From NCBI GenBank assembly GCA_036844545.1, contig DAIUFO010000001.1, forward strand, positions 25,559-67,807: 42,249 bases of DNA. The letters are read 5' to 3'. This document shows, one piece after another, positions 1-11,669 of this stretch (the first letter of the stretch is position 1; every line of letters starts with the position of its first letter). Under the pieces are notes generated by a model. That model saw only the letters and a list, made by a program, of their open reading frames with translations. It was not told the DNA's origin and searched no databases. This DNA is from Chloroflexota bacterium (GTDB lineage Bacteria; Chloroflexota; JAJPGV01). The translations under genes and the position numbers were made by a program.

Positions 1-16
1 CTCGTGAATCTGCCTG

Positions 17-45
17 TTGACAACTGCTCATCTGAGCAGTATCCT
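17..45 (+). promoter_or_regulatory. candidate sigma-70-type promoter of recA: TTGACA (17-22), 17-nt spacer, TATCCT (40-45)
   Basis: Perfect -35 hexamer, canonical 17-nt spacing and a 4/6 match to TATAAT. It lies about 55 nt upstream of the recA ATG, and an SD (TTAGGAGAG, 83-91) follows. Confidence 0.5.
23..40. promoter_or_regulatory. operator-like palindrome ACTGCTCA-TC-TGAGCAGT (CTG-N10-CAG) filling the recA promoter spacer; candidate LexA/SOS box
   Basis: 8+8 bp perfect inverted repeat lying exactly between the -35 and -10 hexamers. It has the same CTG-N10-CAG geometry as the E. coli-type SOS box CTGT-N8-ACAG. Confidence 0.4.
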
Positions 46-51
46 GACGCC

Positions 52-82
52 AACTCAGAACACTGAACTCTAAACTCAGAAC
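52..82 (+). repeat. direct repeats AACTCAGAAC (52-61 and 73-82) with a partial copy ACTGAAC (62-68) in the recA 5' leader
   Basis: Read directly from the sequence. There are three GAAC cores (58-61, 65-68, 79-82), and the full copies are 21 nt apart. Confidence 0.6.
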
Positions 83-98
83 TTAGGAGAGCAAGACC

Positions 99-1139
<1,041 letters not shown>

Positions 1140-1160
1140 CCGATCTAGTACCCTTTGCGG

Positions 1161-1274
1161 GTGATTGCGGTGGGCGAGCTCCTCGGCCGGCTGCTCGCGC
1201 CGGTCGAGGATCGTTACTACCTGATGGCCACCATCATGTTGGGCTTTGCCGCTGCCCTGGTCATCATCCGTTAA
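1161..1274 (+). CDS. possible 37-aa single-pass membrane peptide (GTG start)
   Basis: Hand translation gives VIAVGELLGRLLAPVEDRYYLMATIMLGFAAALVIIR, ending at TAA 1272-1274, directly ahead of the membrane genes. No clear SD, and too short to verify. Confidence 0.25.
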   Translation: MIAVGELLGRLLAPVEDRYYLMATIMLGFAAALVIIR

Positions 1275-1280
1275 GCCATC

Positions 1281-1994
1281 GTGCTGACACTCGCCGCCAT
1301 TTTGCTGGTGCCCGCCGCCGCGTTCGTGGGCGTGCTCCGGCAGTGGCGGCTGTGTTTATACGGCCTTGGCCTGCTGCTCCTGCTGGTGGCCATCATCGAT
1401 GGGCTGGCGATCAGTCCGCTCATCGCCGGCTGCCAGATCGTCGGCGGCGCCACCGCCCTGGCGGTCATGTACCTGTGCGGCGGCCAAATCTTCTCCGAGA
1501 CCCAGCAACCGCTGGTCGTTCATGGCCGGCTGCCCGCTTGGGAGTACTTGTTCGAGACGATCGTCGCCGCGGTCGGTGCCGTGGGCGCGGCGCTCTTTTC
1601 ACGGGCCCATCCGCTGTTTGGGCTGCCGGGACCGGTGACCTTCGCCTGGGCCTGGCTGGGGCTGGCCGGGCTGTTCATGATCGTGCTGGCCGGCAACATC
1701 CTGGAGGTCGGGCTGGGGTTGTTGGTGTTCGCCACCGGGCTCAACCTGCTGATCGTCGCCACTTCGCTGGCTGATTGGTGGCCCGCACTGCTCGTGGTGC
1801 AGCTGCTGCCCATCGCCGTGTCGCTGCTCGTTTCAGTGGCCGGCATGCGGCTGTCCCACTTTGGCCACGGCGTCGGGCTGGACCTCCTGCTGGACAAAGC
1901 GCCCTTTGTCATGGCCGGGGCCAAGCCGGTGCGCATCCGAGTGCGCCGCGGGTCGACCTCGATGGAGGCGCTCCGCCGGACGGCTCGGATCTAG
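1281..1994 (+). CDS. polytopic membrane protein with a NuoK/MrpC-like (chain 4L-like) C-terminal half
   Basis: 237 aa and very hydrophobic. The segment FMIVLAGNILEVGLGLLVFATGLNLLIVATS resembles the NuoK/MnhC core (rrN..LiGiEl.lNa.nL..va). Confidence 0.55.
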   Translation: MLTLAAILLVPAAAFVGVLRQWRLCLYGLGLLLLLVAIIDGLAISPLIAGCQIVGGATALAVMYLCGGQIFSETQQPLVVHGRLPAWEYLFETIVAAVGAVGAALFSRAHPLFGLPGPVTFAWAWLGLAGLFMIVLAGNILEVGLGLLVFATGLNLLIVATSLADWWPALLVVQLLPIAVSLLVSVAGMRLSHFGHGVGLDLLLDKAPFVMAGAKPVRIRVRRGSTSMEALRRTARI

Positions 1995-1998
1995 GGGC

Positions 1999-3393
1999 GT
2001 GCCTCTCGGTCCGATCGGGCTGTGGCTCGTCCTCAGCCTGGCGCTTGTCGCCTGTTCGGCGGTCCCCAGCAGTCTGCAGCGCGGGCGCTGGGCGCTGCTG
2101 GCGGCGGTGGTGCTGGTGCTGGCGGCCTCGGTGGCGCTCGCCGGGCTTGCTCAGCCCGAGCCCCTGCCCCGTTTTCATGGCGGGCTGACATTTGACGAGG
2201 TAGCCCACCTATTACTGCCGCCGCTGTGGATCGGCGCGGCCATTGCCATTGCCACGGCCCTGTTCCTGCCCAGCGGCCGCTACGAGCCAGCCATTGGGGC
2301 ACTCACCACCGCTGCCGCCACCGCTGGTGTCCTGTCGGCCAATGCCCTCCTAACTATCGCCTTGCTGCAGGCCGGCGCCCTCATCGTGCTGGCCGGATTG
2401 CTGGTCCACGATGAAGGGCTGTCGGGCCACCCCTTGCTGAACGTCGCCACCAGCCTCAAGTTCCTGACGCTGACGGTCCTGTCAGGCGCCTGCCTGGTGA
2501 TGGCGCTGCTGCTGTCCACGTTCTACGCCCTCAATCAGGACCGCGTGGAACTCACGCGCATCATAGCGGCGGTATTCGTCGTCGGCTTCGGGCTGGCCGC
2601 CGGAGCTATGCCGTTCTACTTCCACGTCCCGGACATCTTCGACGCCGCGCCAACTTTGGCCACTGTGTCGCTGGTCGGGCCGATGCAGTGCCTGGCCTTC
2701 GTGTATCTCATACGCACCATCGGCAACGGCCCTTCGCTGTTGACCGATCAGCACGTATCGAATGTATTGGTCGCCGGGGCGCTGGCCGGGGCGCTGCTGG
2801 CCTCAGTGCTGGCCTTTGGTCAGCGCAGGCTCAACCGCATCCTGGCCTTCAACGCCATGCGCGAGGTAAGCTGGGTGGCTTTCGGCCTCGCTTCTGTGAG
2901 CCGCGGCGGCTGGACCGGGGCACTCGTCCTGCTGACCGTCCGATGTGTCAGTCAGCCGGTCCTGCTCGTGGCCTCGCGGGCAGCGCAGCAGCGAGCGGGT
3001 GAAATCGAGTTGGACAAGCTCGGGGAGCTCGCCAAGGTGCTGCCGTTGGCCGCCTTCGCCTGGTCAGCCGCCGCGTTCGCCAGCCTGGGATTACCTCCGG
3101 CGGGCAGCTTCTGGGGCCTCGCGGCATTGCTTCGGGCCGCTATGGCCGCTGGCGGGTTGGCCACGGCAACCCTGCTCGCGTCAGGCATGTTCGGACTGTG
3201 GCGTCTGGGCCAGGTGACGTACGCGGTGTTCTGGCGCCGGGCACGAGGTTTTGTGGACCCGGCAGCAGAGCCGGCCGCGCCGAAGTGGATCCTTGCCACT
3301 GCCGGCGTCGGCCTGATCGCCGTCGGATGTGTCCCGCGGCTGGTTCAGGCGCCCATCGATCAAGTGCTGGCCAGCCTTCCCTTCCTCCGCTAA
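1999..3393 (+). CDS. NuoN/MrpD-like antiporter-type membrane subunit (proton-conducting membrane transporter family), divergent
   Basis: GFGLAAGAMPFYFHVPDIFDAAPTLATVSLVG matches the family core (..K..PFH.W.PD.YeGAPT.vsa.l). The track ORF starts at 1861, but that overlaps the previous gene. GTG 1999 lies 5 nt after the previous gene's stop. Confidence 0.7.
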   Translation: MPLGPIGLWLVLSLALVACSAVPSSLQRGRWALLAAVVLVLAASVALAGLAQPEPLPRFHGGLTFDEVAHLLLPPLWIGAAIAIATALFLPSGRYEPAIGALTTAAATAGVLSANALLTIALLQAGALIVLAGLLVHDEGLSGHPLLNVATSLKFLTLTVLSGACLVMALLLSTFYALNQDRVELTRIIAAVFVVGFGLAAGAMPFYFHVPDIFDAAPTLATVSLVGPMQCLAFVYLIRTIGNGPSLLTDQHVSNVLVAGALAGALLASVLAFGQRRLNRILAFNAMREVSWVAFGLASVSRGGWTGALVLLTVRCVSQPVLLVASRAAQQRAGEIELDKLGELAKVLPLAAFAWSAAAFASLGLPPAGSFWGLAALLRAAMAAGGLATATLLASGMFGLWRLGQVTYAVFWRRARGFVDPAAEPAAPKWILATAGVGLIAVGCVPRLVQAPIDQVLASLPFLR

Positions 3394-3400
3394 ACTGGCA

Positions 3401-3420
3401 CGTACTTGCGCAAACGTACG
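3401..3420. terminator. hairpin after the antiporter-like gene (CGTACTT-GCGC-AA(AC)GTACG), no T-tract
   Basis: Imperfect inverted repeat starting 8 nt after the TAA stop (3391-3393). Function as a terminator or operator is unproven. Confidence 0.25.
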
Positions 3421-3474
3421 ATCCAACGAGGGCACACCGAGCACACGCGGCTGCCGCTGGGCCGGGCGTAGAAT

Positions 3475-4923
3475 ATGGAACTCGAGCAGTCTCTTCTTCC
3501 TCAGCTCAGCGTCAACATCAGCGCCAAGCTGATCACCTCGCTGAAAATCCTTCAGCTTTCGGCCGAGGAGCTGTCACAGACGATCCGCCAAGAAATGACG
3601 GACAATCCGGCGCTCGAGATTGATGAAGCCGCCCTTTGTCCCATCTGCGGTGCGCCATTAGAGGATGGCCGTTGCGCGGACTGCTACCCCGGCCAGGCTG
3701 AGAACGACACGCCAACCGCCGATGCCGACTATGATGCCGCCGCCTACGTCGAAACGCGGGAGCGGCAGCGCAACAACATGGACGGCGAAGAGGAATACGA
3801 CCCCATCTCCTTCGTCGCCTCCGACGTCAGCCTGTCGGACTACCTCACGTCGGCGCTGTACAACGTCCTGCCGCGCGAAGACTTCCCCATCGCCGACTAC
3901 CTTGTTGGCAGCCTGGACGAGTTCGGTTATCTGACAGTCAGCGATGACGAAGTCGCCGCGGCCTGCGGCGTCGACATCGGGCAAGTAAGAGAGGTCGTAG
4001 CGGCGCTGCAGCGCCAGGACCCGGTGGGAGTCGGGGCCAGATCGGCCCAAGAGTGTCTCCTGATCCAGCTGCGGCAGCTCGAAGAGGACGGCAAAGGTGA
4101 TCAGACGGTTAAGCGCATCCTGACCGGCTGTTTCGAGGAGCTGGGCGAGCACAAGTTCGACCAGATCGGTTCACGGCTGCACCTCAAGCTCGACCAGGTG
4201 ATCGCCGCCTGGGACTTCATCAAGAACAACCTGACGCCTTTCCCGGCCTGGAGCTTCTGGCGCGATGGCCAGCGAGTGACCGTGAGCCGCGCCGGTTACA
4301 TCCGGCCGGACGTGGCCATTCGGCCAACGGAGAGCGACTACGTCGTAGACGTGCTGGAGGCCGAACGCTACCAGCTGCGGATCAACGAGTTCTACCCCCA
4401 GCTCATCCGGGACGGAACCGATCTCTCGTCGGACGACCGCGACTTCGTAAGGAAATGCGCCAGCCGAGCAAAGTTCTTCATCGACTGCATCCAGCAGCGC
4501 TGGAGCACGCTGCGACAAATCACCGAATGCCTGGTCGATTGTCAGCGCGAGTTCCTGGACCAGGGGGTTCGCCACCTCAAGCCACTCACACGATCGGAGG
4601 TCGCCTTTCGGGTTGACCTGCACGAGTCCACAGTCAGCCGCGCCACCGCCAATAAATTCATCCTGCTGCCGAACCGCCGGGTCATCAGCTTCGACGACCT
4701 GTTTGACGGCTCGCTCGCTATCAAGGACGCGATCCGGGAGATAATTGAGCATGAGGATCACCTCCATCCGCTGAGTGACCAGGAGATCGCGCAGCGCCTG
4801 CAGGAAAATGGTGTCTTCTTGGCCCGGCGGACCGTGGCAAAATATCGCGATGCCATGCACGTCCTACCATCCAACCTACGCACCCGCATGGCCCTCCATC
4901 ATTACGCCGGAGCCACGGGTTGA
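3475..4923 (+). CDS. rpoN: RNA polymerase sigma-54 factor
   Basis: 482 aa. Region I (LKILQLSAEELSQTIRQEMTDNPALE), an HTH region and the C-terminal RpoN box ARRTVAKYR. Confidence 0.93.
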   Translation: MELEQSLLPQLSVNISAKLITSLKILQLSAEELSQTIRQEMTDNPALEIDEAALCPICGAPLEDGRCADCYPGQAENDTPTADADYDAAAYVETRERQRNNMDGEEEYDPISFVASDVSLSDYLTSALYNVLPREDFPIADYLVGSLDEFGYLTVSDDEVAAACGVDIGQVREVVAALQRQDPVGVGARSAQECLLIQLRQLEEDGKGDQTVKRILTGCFEELGEHKFDQIGSRLHLKLDQVIAAWDFIKNNLTPFPAWSFWRDGQRVTVSRAGYIRPDVAIRPTESDYVVDVLEAERYQLRINEFYPQLIRDGTDLSSDDRDFVRKCASRAKFFIDCIQQRWSTLRQITECLVDCQREFLDQGVRHLKPLTRSEVAFRVDLHESTVSRATANKFILLPNRRVISFDDLFDGSLAIKDAIREIIEHEDHLHPLSDQEIAQRLQENGVFLARRTVAKYRDAMHVLPSNLRTRMALHHYAGATG

Positions 4924-4931
4924 CGTGATGC

Positions 4932-5495
4932 ATGCCTGAGGGCCGGCTGTTCATCTTGTCGGGCCCCTCAGGCGTGGGCAAAGACGCGGTCATCAAGTCG
5001 CTGAAAGCTCGCGGCTTTCCGATGCACTACGCGGTCACAGCCACCACCAGACCCATCCGCGACGAGGAAGTGGCCGGTGTCGACTACATTTTCCTGTCGC
5101 ATCCCGAGTTCGACCGCCTCCTGGCGGAGGACGGCTTCCTGGAGCACGCCGACGTCTACGGCGAGCGCTACGGCACCCCCAAGGAGCAGGTGCTGCCACA
5201 TCTGACGCACGGCGATGACGTGCTCCTCAAGGTAGATGTCCAGGGTGCCGATACGGTCAAGGCCAAGATGCCGCGAACTATCCGCATTTTCCTGGCGCCC
5301 CCCTCATACCAGGTCCTGGAACGGCGGTTGAGAGAGCGGGAGCGCCTGCGCGTCTCGGAGGAGAAGCTCTTAGACCGCCTGCACAAGGTCGAATCGGAGA
5401 TGGCTCACGCGGGTGAGTACGACTGCGTGGTCTATAACCGCGACGCGGAACTCGAGGCGGCGGTCGACGACATCGAGAGGATCCTCCGGAGCTAA
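4932..5495 (+). CDS. gmk: guanylate kinase
   Basis: 187 aa. P-loop LSGPSGVGKD and the TTR motif (YAVTATTRPIRDEEVAGVDYIF). Confidence 0.93.
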   Translation: MPEGRLFILSGPSGVGKDAVIKSLKARGFPMHYAVTATTRPIRDEEVAGVDYIFLSHPEFDRLLAEDGFLEHADVYGERYGTPKEQVLPHLTHGDDVLLKVDVQGADTVKAKMPRTIRIFLAPPSYQVLERRLRERERLRVSEEKLLDRLHKVESEMAHAGEYDCVVYNRDAELEAAVDDIERILRS

Positions 5496-6172
5496 CGCGC
5501 GCCCACCGGCAGCGCTTGGTGCTGGCCGGCTTGGAACTTCTCCCAGTCCTCGAGGAAGCTGTCGATGCCCTTGTCCGTCAGCGGATGTTTGGCCGCGGCC
5601 TGGAGCACCTTGATGGGCACAGTGGCGATGTCCGCGCCGGCCTTAGCCGCGTCGATGAGATGCAGCGGGTGGCGGATGCTGGCTGCCAGCACCAACGTCG
5701 GCAGGTTGTGCTTGCGGTAAATCTCGACAGTGTCGCGGACGACCTGCATGCCATCCTCGGACACGTCGTCCAGCCGGCCCACGAAGGGGCTGATGATGTA
5801 CGCGCCAGCCAGCGCCGCGAACAGCGCCTGGTTGGCCGAGAAGCAGAGCGTCACGTTGCAGCGGATGCCTTCCTGCTTGAAGCGGCTGACCGCCTCCCAG
5901 CCGGCCGGGGTCGACGGCACTTTGATGACCACATTCGGATGCCACTTGGCGAAGCGCCGGCCCTCGTCCAGCATGCCGTTGGCGTCGAGACTAATCGTCT
6001 CCGCCGAGATCGGCCCGTCGACGATGCCGGCGATGTGCTTGATCACGTCCTCGTGGCTCATGCCCGAGGTCTTGCTCATCAATGTGGGGTTGGTGGTGAC
6101 GCCCGAGAGGATGCCCCAGCGCGCAACCTCGCGAATCTCGTCGATGTCGGCCGTATCCAGGAAAATGCGCAT
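5492..6172 (-). CDS. transaldolase / fructose-6-phosphate aldolase family (short TalC/Fsa type)
   Basis: 226 aa. MRIFLDTADIDEIREVARWGILSGVTTNPTL, the catalytic-lysine region VVIKVPST and CNVTLCFS. Confidence 0.9.
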   Translation of the reverse strand: MRIFLDTADIDEIREVARWGILSGVTTNPTLMSKTSGMSHEDVIKHIAGIVDGPISAETISLDANGMLDEGRRFAKWHPNVVIKVPSTPAGWEAVSRFKQEGIRCNVTLCFSANQALFAALAGAYIISPFVGRLDDVSEDGMQVVRDTVEIYRKHNLPTLVLAASIRHPLHLIDAAKAGADIATVPIKVLQAAAKHPLTDKGIDSFLEDWEKFQAGQHQALPVGAR

Positions 6173-6181
6173 ATCGAAAGA

Positions 6182-6817
6182 ATGGCACGCTCACTGATTC
6201 GATGGGTCCACCAGCGCTTGGTCGAGGCCTACGGCAGACCGGCCTGGGAAGTTCGCGGGGGACCGCTCGACGAGCTCATCGCCACGGTCCTGTCGCAACA
6301 CACGTCAGACATCAACTGCGACCGGGCCTTCGCCAGCCTGAAAGCAGCATTCGACACCTGGGAGGCGGTACGGGATGCCCCCCAAGCTGAAGTCTTCGAA
6401 GCAATCAAATGCGGCGGCCTGGCTGCCGTAAAGGCGCCACGCATCCAGGCCATCTTGCGCGCTCTGACGGACGGCACGGATCGGGTGGTGCTGCCGGAGC
6501 CGGTCGAGCGCGAGTTCCTGCTGACGCTGCCTGGCGTAGGCAAGAAGACGGCCTCCTGCGTGCTGCTGTTCGGCGCCCACCTGCCGGCGATCCCGGTGGA
6601 CACCCACGTCCATCGCGTGGCGCTGCGGACCGGCATGGTGGCGGCCAAGACGTCGCCTGACCAGACCTGCGACATCCTCGAATCCTCACTTTCAGAGGAC
6701 GACTACTACGCCTTCCACATGAACCTGATTCGGCACGGACGTGAGGTCTGCAAGGCGCAGCGCCCTCGATGCGACGCATGTGTGCTGCGAACGCGCTGCC
6801 TATATGCTCATCAGTAG
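6182..6817 (+). CDS. nth: endonuclease III family DNA glycosylase
   Basis: HhH LPGVGKKTASCVLLFG and a 4Fe-4S cluster loop C-x6-C-x2-C-x5-C (CKAQRPRCDACVLRTRC). The upstream part of track ORF 5516..6817 is antisense to the transaldolase gene, so the start is placed at ATG 6182. Confidence 0.88.
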   Translation: MARSLIRWVHQRLVEAYGRPAWEVRGGPLDELIATVLSQHTSDINCDRAFASLKAAFDTWEAVRDAPQAEVFEAIKCGGLAAVKAPRIQAILRALTDGTDRVVLPEPVEREFLLTLPGVGKKTASCVLLFGAHLPAIPVDTHVHRVALRTGMVAAKTSPDQTCDILESSLSEDDYYAFHMNLIRHGREVCKAQRPRCDACVLRTRCLYAHQ

Positions 6818-8053
6818 ATGATCAGCTCGATACCGCGCCACCAGGCCGTCGAAGGGATCGTGCCGGCGCCTGAGCAGCTGATCGGCGCTGGCATCGACCG
6901 CCGGCTTATCGGCGTGTTGACCGCCGGGCACCTGTTCGACGACATCAACCAGGGCGCCATCGCCGCCATGGTTCCCTTCTTTCTGACCGAGCGCCATCTG
7001 TCGTACGCAGCAGTTTCGGCATTAGTTCTCGCCGGCACCATCGCCTCCTCGGTGGTCCAACCGCTGTTCGGTCATCTGGCCGATCGGCGGGCAGCAGCCT
7101 GGCTGGCAGGGGCCGGCGTGTTCGTAGCCGGACTAGGTATCGCCCTGGCTGGCATCGCCCCCACGTATCTGTTGTCGCTGCTGGCGGTCGGCCTGAGCGG
7201 CATCGGCGTGGCGGCCTTCCATCCGGAAGCCACGCGCCTGGCAAACTACGCCTCCGGTAACCGCCGCGCCACCGGTATCAGCTTCTTCTCGGTGGGCGGG
7301 AACATCGGCTTCGCTATCGGCCCGCTGCTGGCCACGCCGCTGCTGCTGGCCTTCGGGCTGCGCGGTACGGTCCTGCTCATCATTCCCTCCAGCCTGGCTG
7401 CCGTGACGCTGCTGTGGCACGCGCCGCGCTTCGCCAGTCTGCGGCGGACCGTGACCGCGCGGCGCGCCGCGGGGCGCGAAACGGCAGTCGACCAGTGGCG
7501 CCCATTCGCCAGGCTGACGGCCACAGTCGTGTGCCGATCAATCGTCTTTTTCGGCCTCAATACCTTTATACCCATCTACTGGATCGCCGTGCTGCACCAA
7601 TCCAAAGCTCAAGCAGGCCTGGCCCTGACGCTGTTCGGCGTAGCCGGCGCAACGGGGACGCTTGCCGGCGGCCGCCTGGCGGATCGATTTGGCCGCGGCA
7701 ACGTCGTGCGCGTCAGCCTGGGCTTGCTGTGCCCGGCGATGCTGCTGCTGCTGCTGGCGGGCTCGGGGCCGCTGGCCCTCATCCTGCTGGTTCCCGTAGC
7801 GCTGACCCTGTACGCATCCAACAGTGTGATGGTGGTCATGGGGCAGGAATACCTGCCCAACCACCTGGGCACCGCCTCCGGTGTGACCCTGGGATTGGCC
7901 ATGACCATCGGCGGCTTGATGGTGCCGCTGCTTGGCCTCGCTGCCGACAGCTACGGCGTCCACACCGCGCTCACCGGGTTGGCCCTGTTGCCGCTCCTGG
8001 CCGCCGGCTTGGCGTTGACGCTGCCGGTAACGCGGCACAGACTCTCCACATAG
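6818..8053 (+). CDS. MFS transporter
   Basis: 411 aa, about 12 hydrophobic segments and an MFS loop motif (GHLADRR.., [10 protein letters not shown]). Confidence 0.85.
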   Translation: MISSIPRHQAVEGIVPAPEQLIGAGIDRRLIGVLTAGHLFDDINQGAIAAMVPFFLTERHLSYAAVSALVLAGTIASSVVQPLFGHLADRRAAAWLAGAGVFVAGLGIALAGIAPTYLLSLLAVGLSGIGVAAFHPEATRLANYASGNRRATGISFFSVGGNIGFAIGPLLATPLLLAFGLRGTVLLIIPSSLAAVTLLWHAPRFASLRRTVTARRAAGRETAVDQWRPFARLTATVVCRSIVFFGLNTFIPIYWIAVLHQSKAQAGLALTLFGVAGATGTLAGGRLADRFGRGNVVRVSLGLLCPAMLLLLLAGSGPLALILLVPVALTLYASNSVMVVMGQEYLPNHLGTASGVTLGLAMTIGGLMVPLLGLAADSYGVHTALTGLALLPLLAAGLALTLPVTRHRLST

Positions 8054-8087
8054 ACTTGACACACCAGCAAGACTTGACACACCAGCA
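8052..8087 (+). repeat. perfect tandem duplication of an 18-bp unit AGACTTGACACACCAGCA (x2)
   Basis: Read directly: 8052-8069 equals 8070-8087. Each unit carries a TTGACA hexamer (8056-8061, 8074-8079). Confidence 0.9.
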
Positions 8088-8102
8088 CTCAACTTTCATA
8101 CT
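8074..8102 (+). promoter_or_regulatory. candidate clpB promoter: TTGACA (8074-8079), 17-nt spacer, CATACT (8097-8102)
   Basis: The hexamers have canonical spacing. The -10 ends 6 nt before the clpB ATG (8109) and there is no SD, which suggests a leaderless or near-leaderless mRNA. Confidence 0.4.
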
Positions 8103-8108
8103 AGTTCA

Positions 8109-10736
<2,628 letters not shown>

Positions 10737-10766
<30 letters not shown>

Positions 10767-10853
10767 GGTGAGGGAGCCCAGCTCAGCCGTGAGCGCGCGC
10801 TGAGGGAGCGGGTGAGCGCCCTCACCTAGCCTCTCCCACCGCGGTAGGAGAGG
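10737..10853. repeat. composite palindromic element, two inverted copies: 10737-10775 (26-nt perfect palindrome plus CTAGGGTGAGGGA) and 10818-10853 (GCCCTCACCTAG plus 24-nt palindrome)
   Basis: Read directly. It sits between the convergent clpB and GT2 genes and contains both stop codons (TAG 10764-10766; TGA on the minus strand at 10822-10824). An inner hairpin CTCAGC..GCTGAG lies in the spacer. Confidence 0.85.
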
Positions 10854-11559
10854 AACAAGTGGGGGCTTGCGGATGGACGCGCAGGTCCTTCCATAGGAGC
10901 AGCAGCTCTTTGAAGGCTCGCAGGATCACCTTCAGCTTGGCGCCCGACGGCGAGCCTTTGGTGCGCGGCAGATGGGTCACGCCCACCTCCCGGAACACGA
11001 AGCCTGCGCGCCGCGCCCGGACCAACAGCTCGGCGCTGAAGGTCGCCCCGCGTGACTGGACCGGCAGCGACTCGATGACCTCCCGGCGCATCAACTTGAA
11101 GGCGCAATCCACGTCGCGCGCCGCGTAGCCAAACAGCAGGTTCACCAGCGAGGTCCAGCCCCAGCCGTTCAGCTTGCGCATCAGCGGGTCCTGCCGCACC
11201 TTGCGGTAGCCGGCGACGAAGTCGGCCGGCATCTCGGCCAGCAGCAGCCGCAGCTCGTCCAGCTTGAACTGCCCGTCGGAGTCGGTGAACATGCGTCGCT
11301 CGCCGGTGGAGGACGTAAGCCCGGTCCACACCGCCGCGCCGTAGCCCTGGTTGACCAGGTGGCGCACCAGGCGCACCCGCTCGTGCGTTTCGGCGAACTC
11401 GTGTACCAGGTCAGCCGTGTTGTCCTTGCTGCCGTCGTCCACCACGACGATCTCATAGTCGGGCTCGATACTCTCGAGCACGGCCACTGCCTCGTTGAGG
11501 ACGTCGACGATGTTCTCGGCCTCATTGTGGGCTGGCATAGCGAGCGAGAGCGCTGGCAT
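10822..11559 (-). CDS. family 2 glycosyltransferase (polyprenyl-phosphate sugar synthase-like)
   Basis: LSLAMPAHNEAENI.., VVVDDGSKDNT and FTDSDGQF (DxD). The 89-aa Arg/Pro-rich extension in the track ORF was rejected, and the start is placed at ATG 11559. The C-terminal SSPTAVGEAR comes from a repeat. Confidence 0.85.
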   Translation of the reverse strand: MPALSLAMPAHNEAENIVDVLNEAVAVLESIEPDYEIVVVDDGSKDNTADLVHEFAETHERVRLVRHLVNQGYGAAVWTGLTSSTGERRMFTDSDGQFKLDELRLLLAEMPADFVAGYRKVRQDPLMRKLNGWGWTSLVNLLFGYAARDVDCAFKLMRREVIESLPVQSRGATFSAELLVRARRAGFVFREVGVTHLPRTKGSPSGAKLKVILRAFKELLLLWKDLRVHPQAPTCSSPTAVGEAR

Positions 11560-11669
11560 GAGCGTAATCTGGACATTAGCACGCCACCGGGCAGGCGGCA
11601 GAGGGTGCTGACCCTCCAGTTCGCGGACACTGCCTGCTAGGATGCGGAGTGAGGTAAACGGCGAACAAC

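Noticed and set aside
3396-3410. TGGCAC..TTGC sigma-54-like box directly upstream of rpoN
   Set aside because: The GG to GC spacing is 9 nt rather than the required 10, so it is not counted as a promoter. The overlapping hairpin is listed separately at low confidence.
5516-6181. N-terminal 222 aa of the 433-aa track ORF 5516..6817
   Set aside because: It lies fully antisense to the well-supported transaldolase gene and has the Arg/Ala/Gly-rich composition of GC-driven ORFs. The endonuclease III homology begins only at ATG 6182.
6173-6181. The 9-nt gap between the divergent transaldolase and nth starts as a shared regulatory element
   Set aside because: It is too short to hold promoters, which must lie inside the neighbouring coding regions. 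No motif could be supported.
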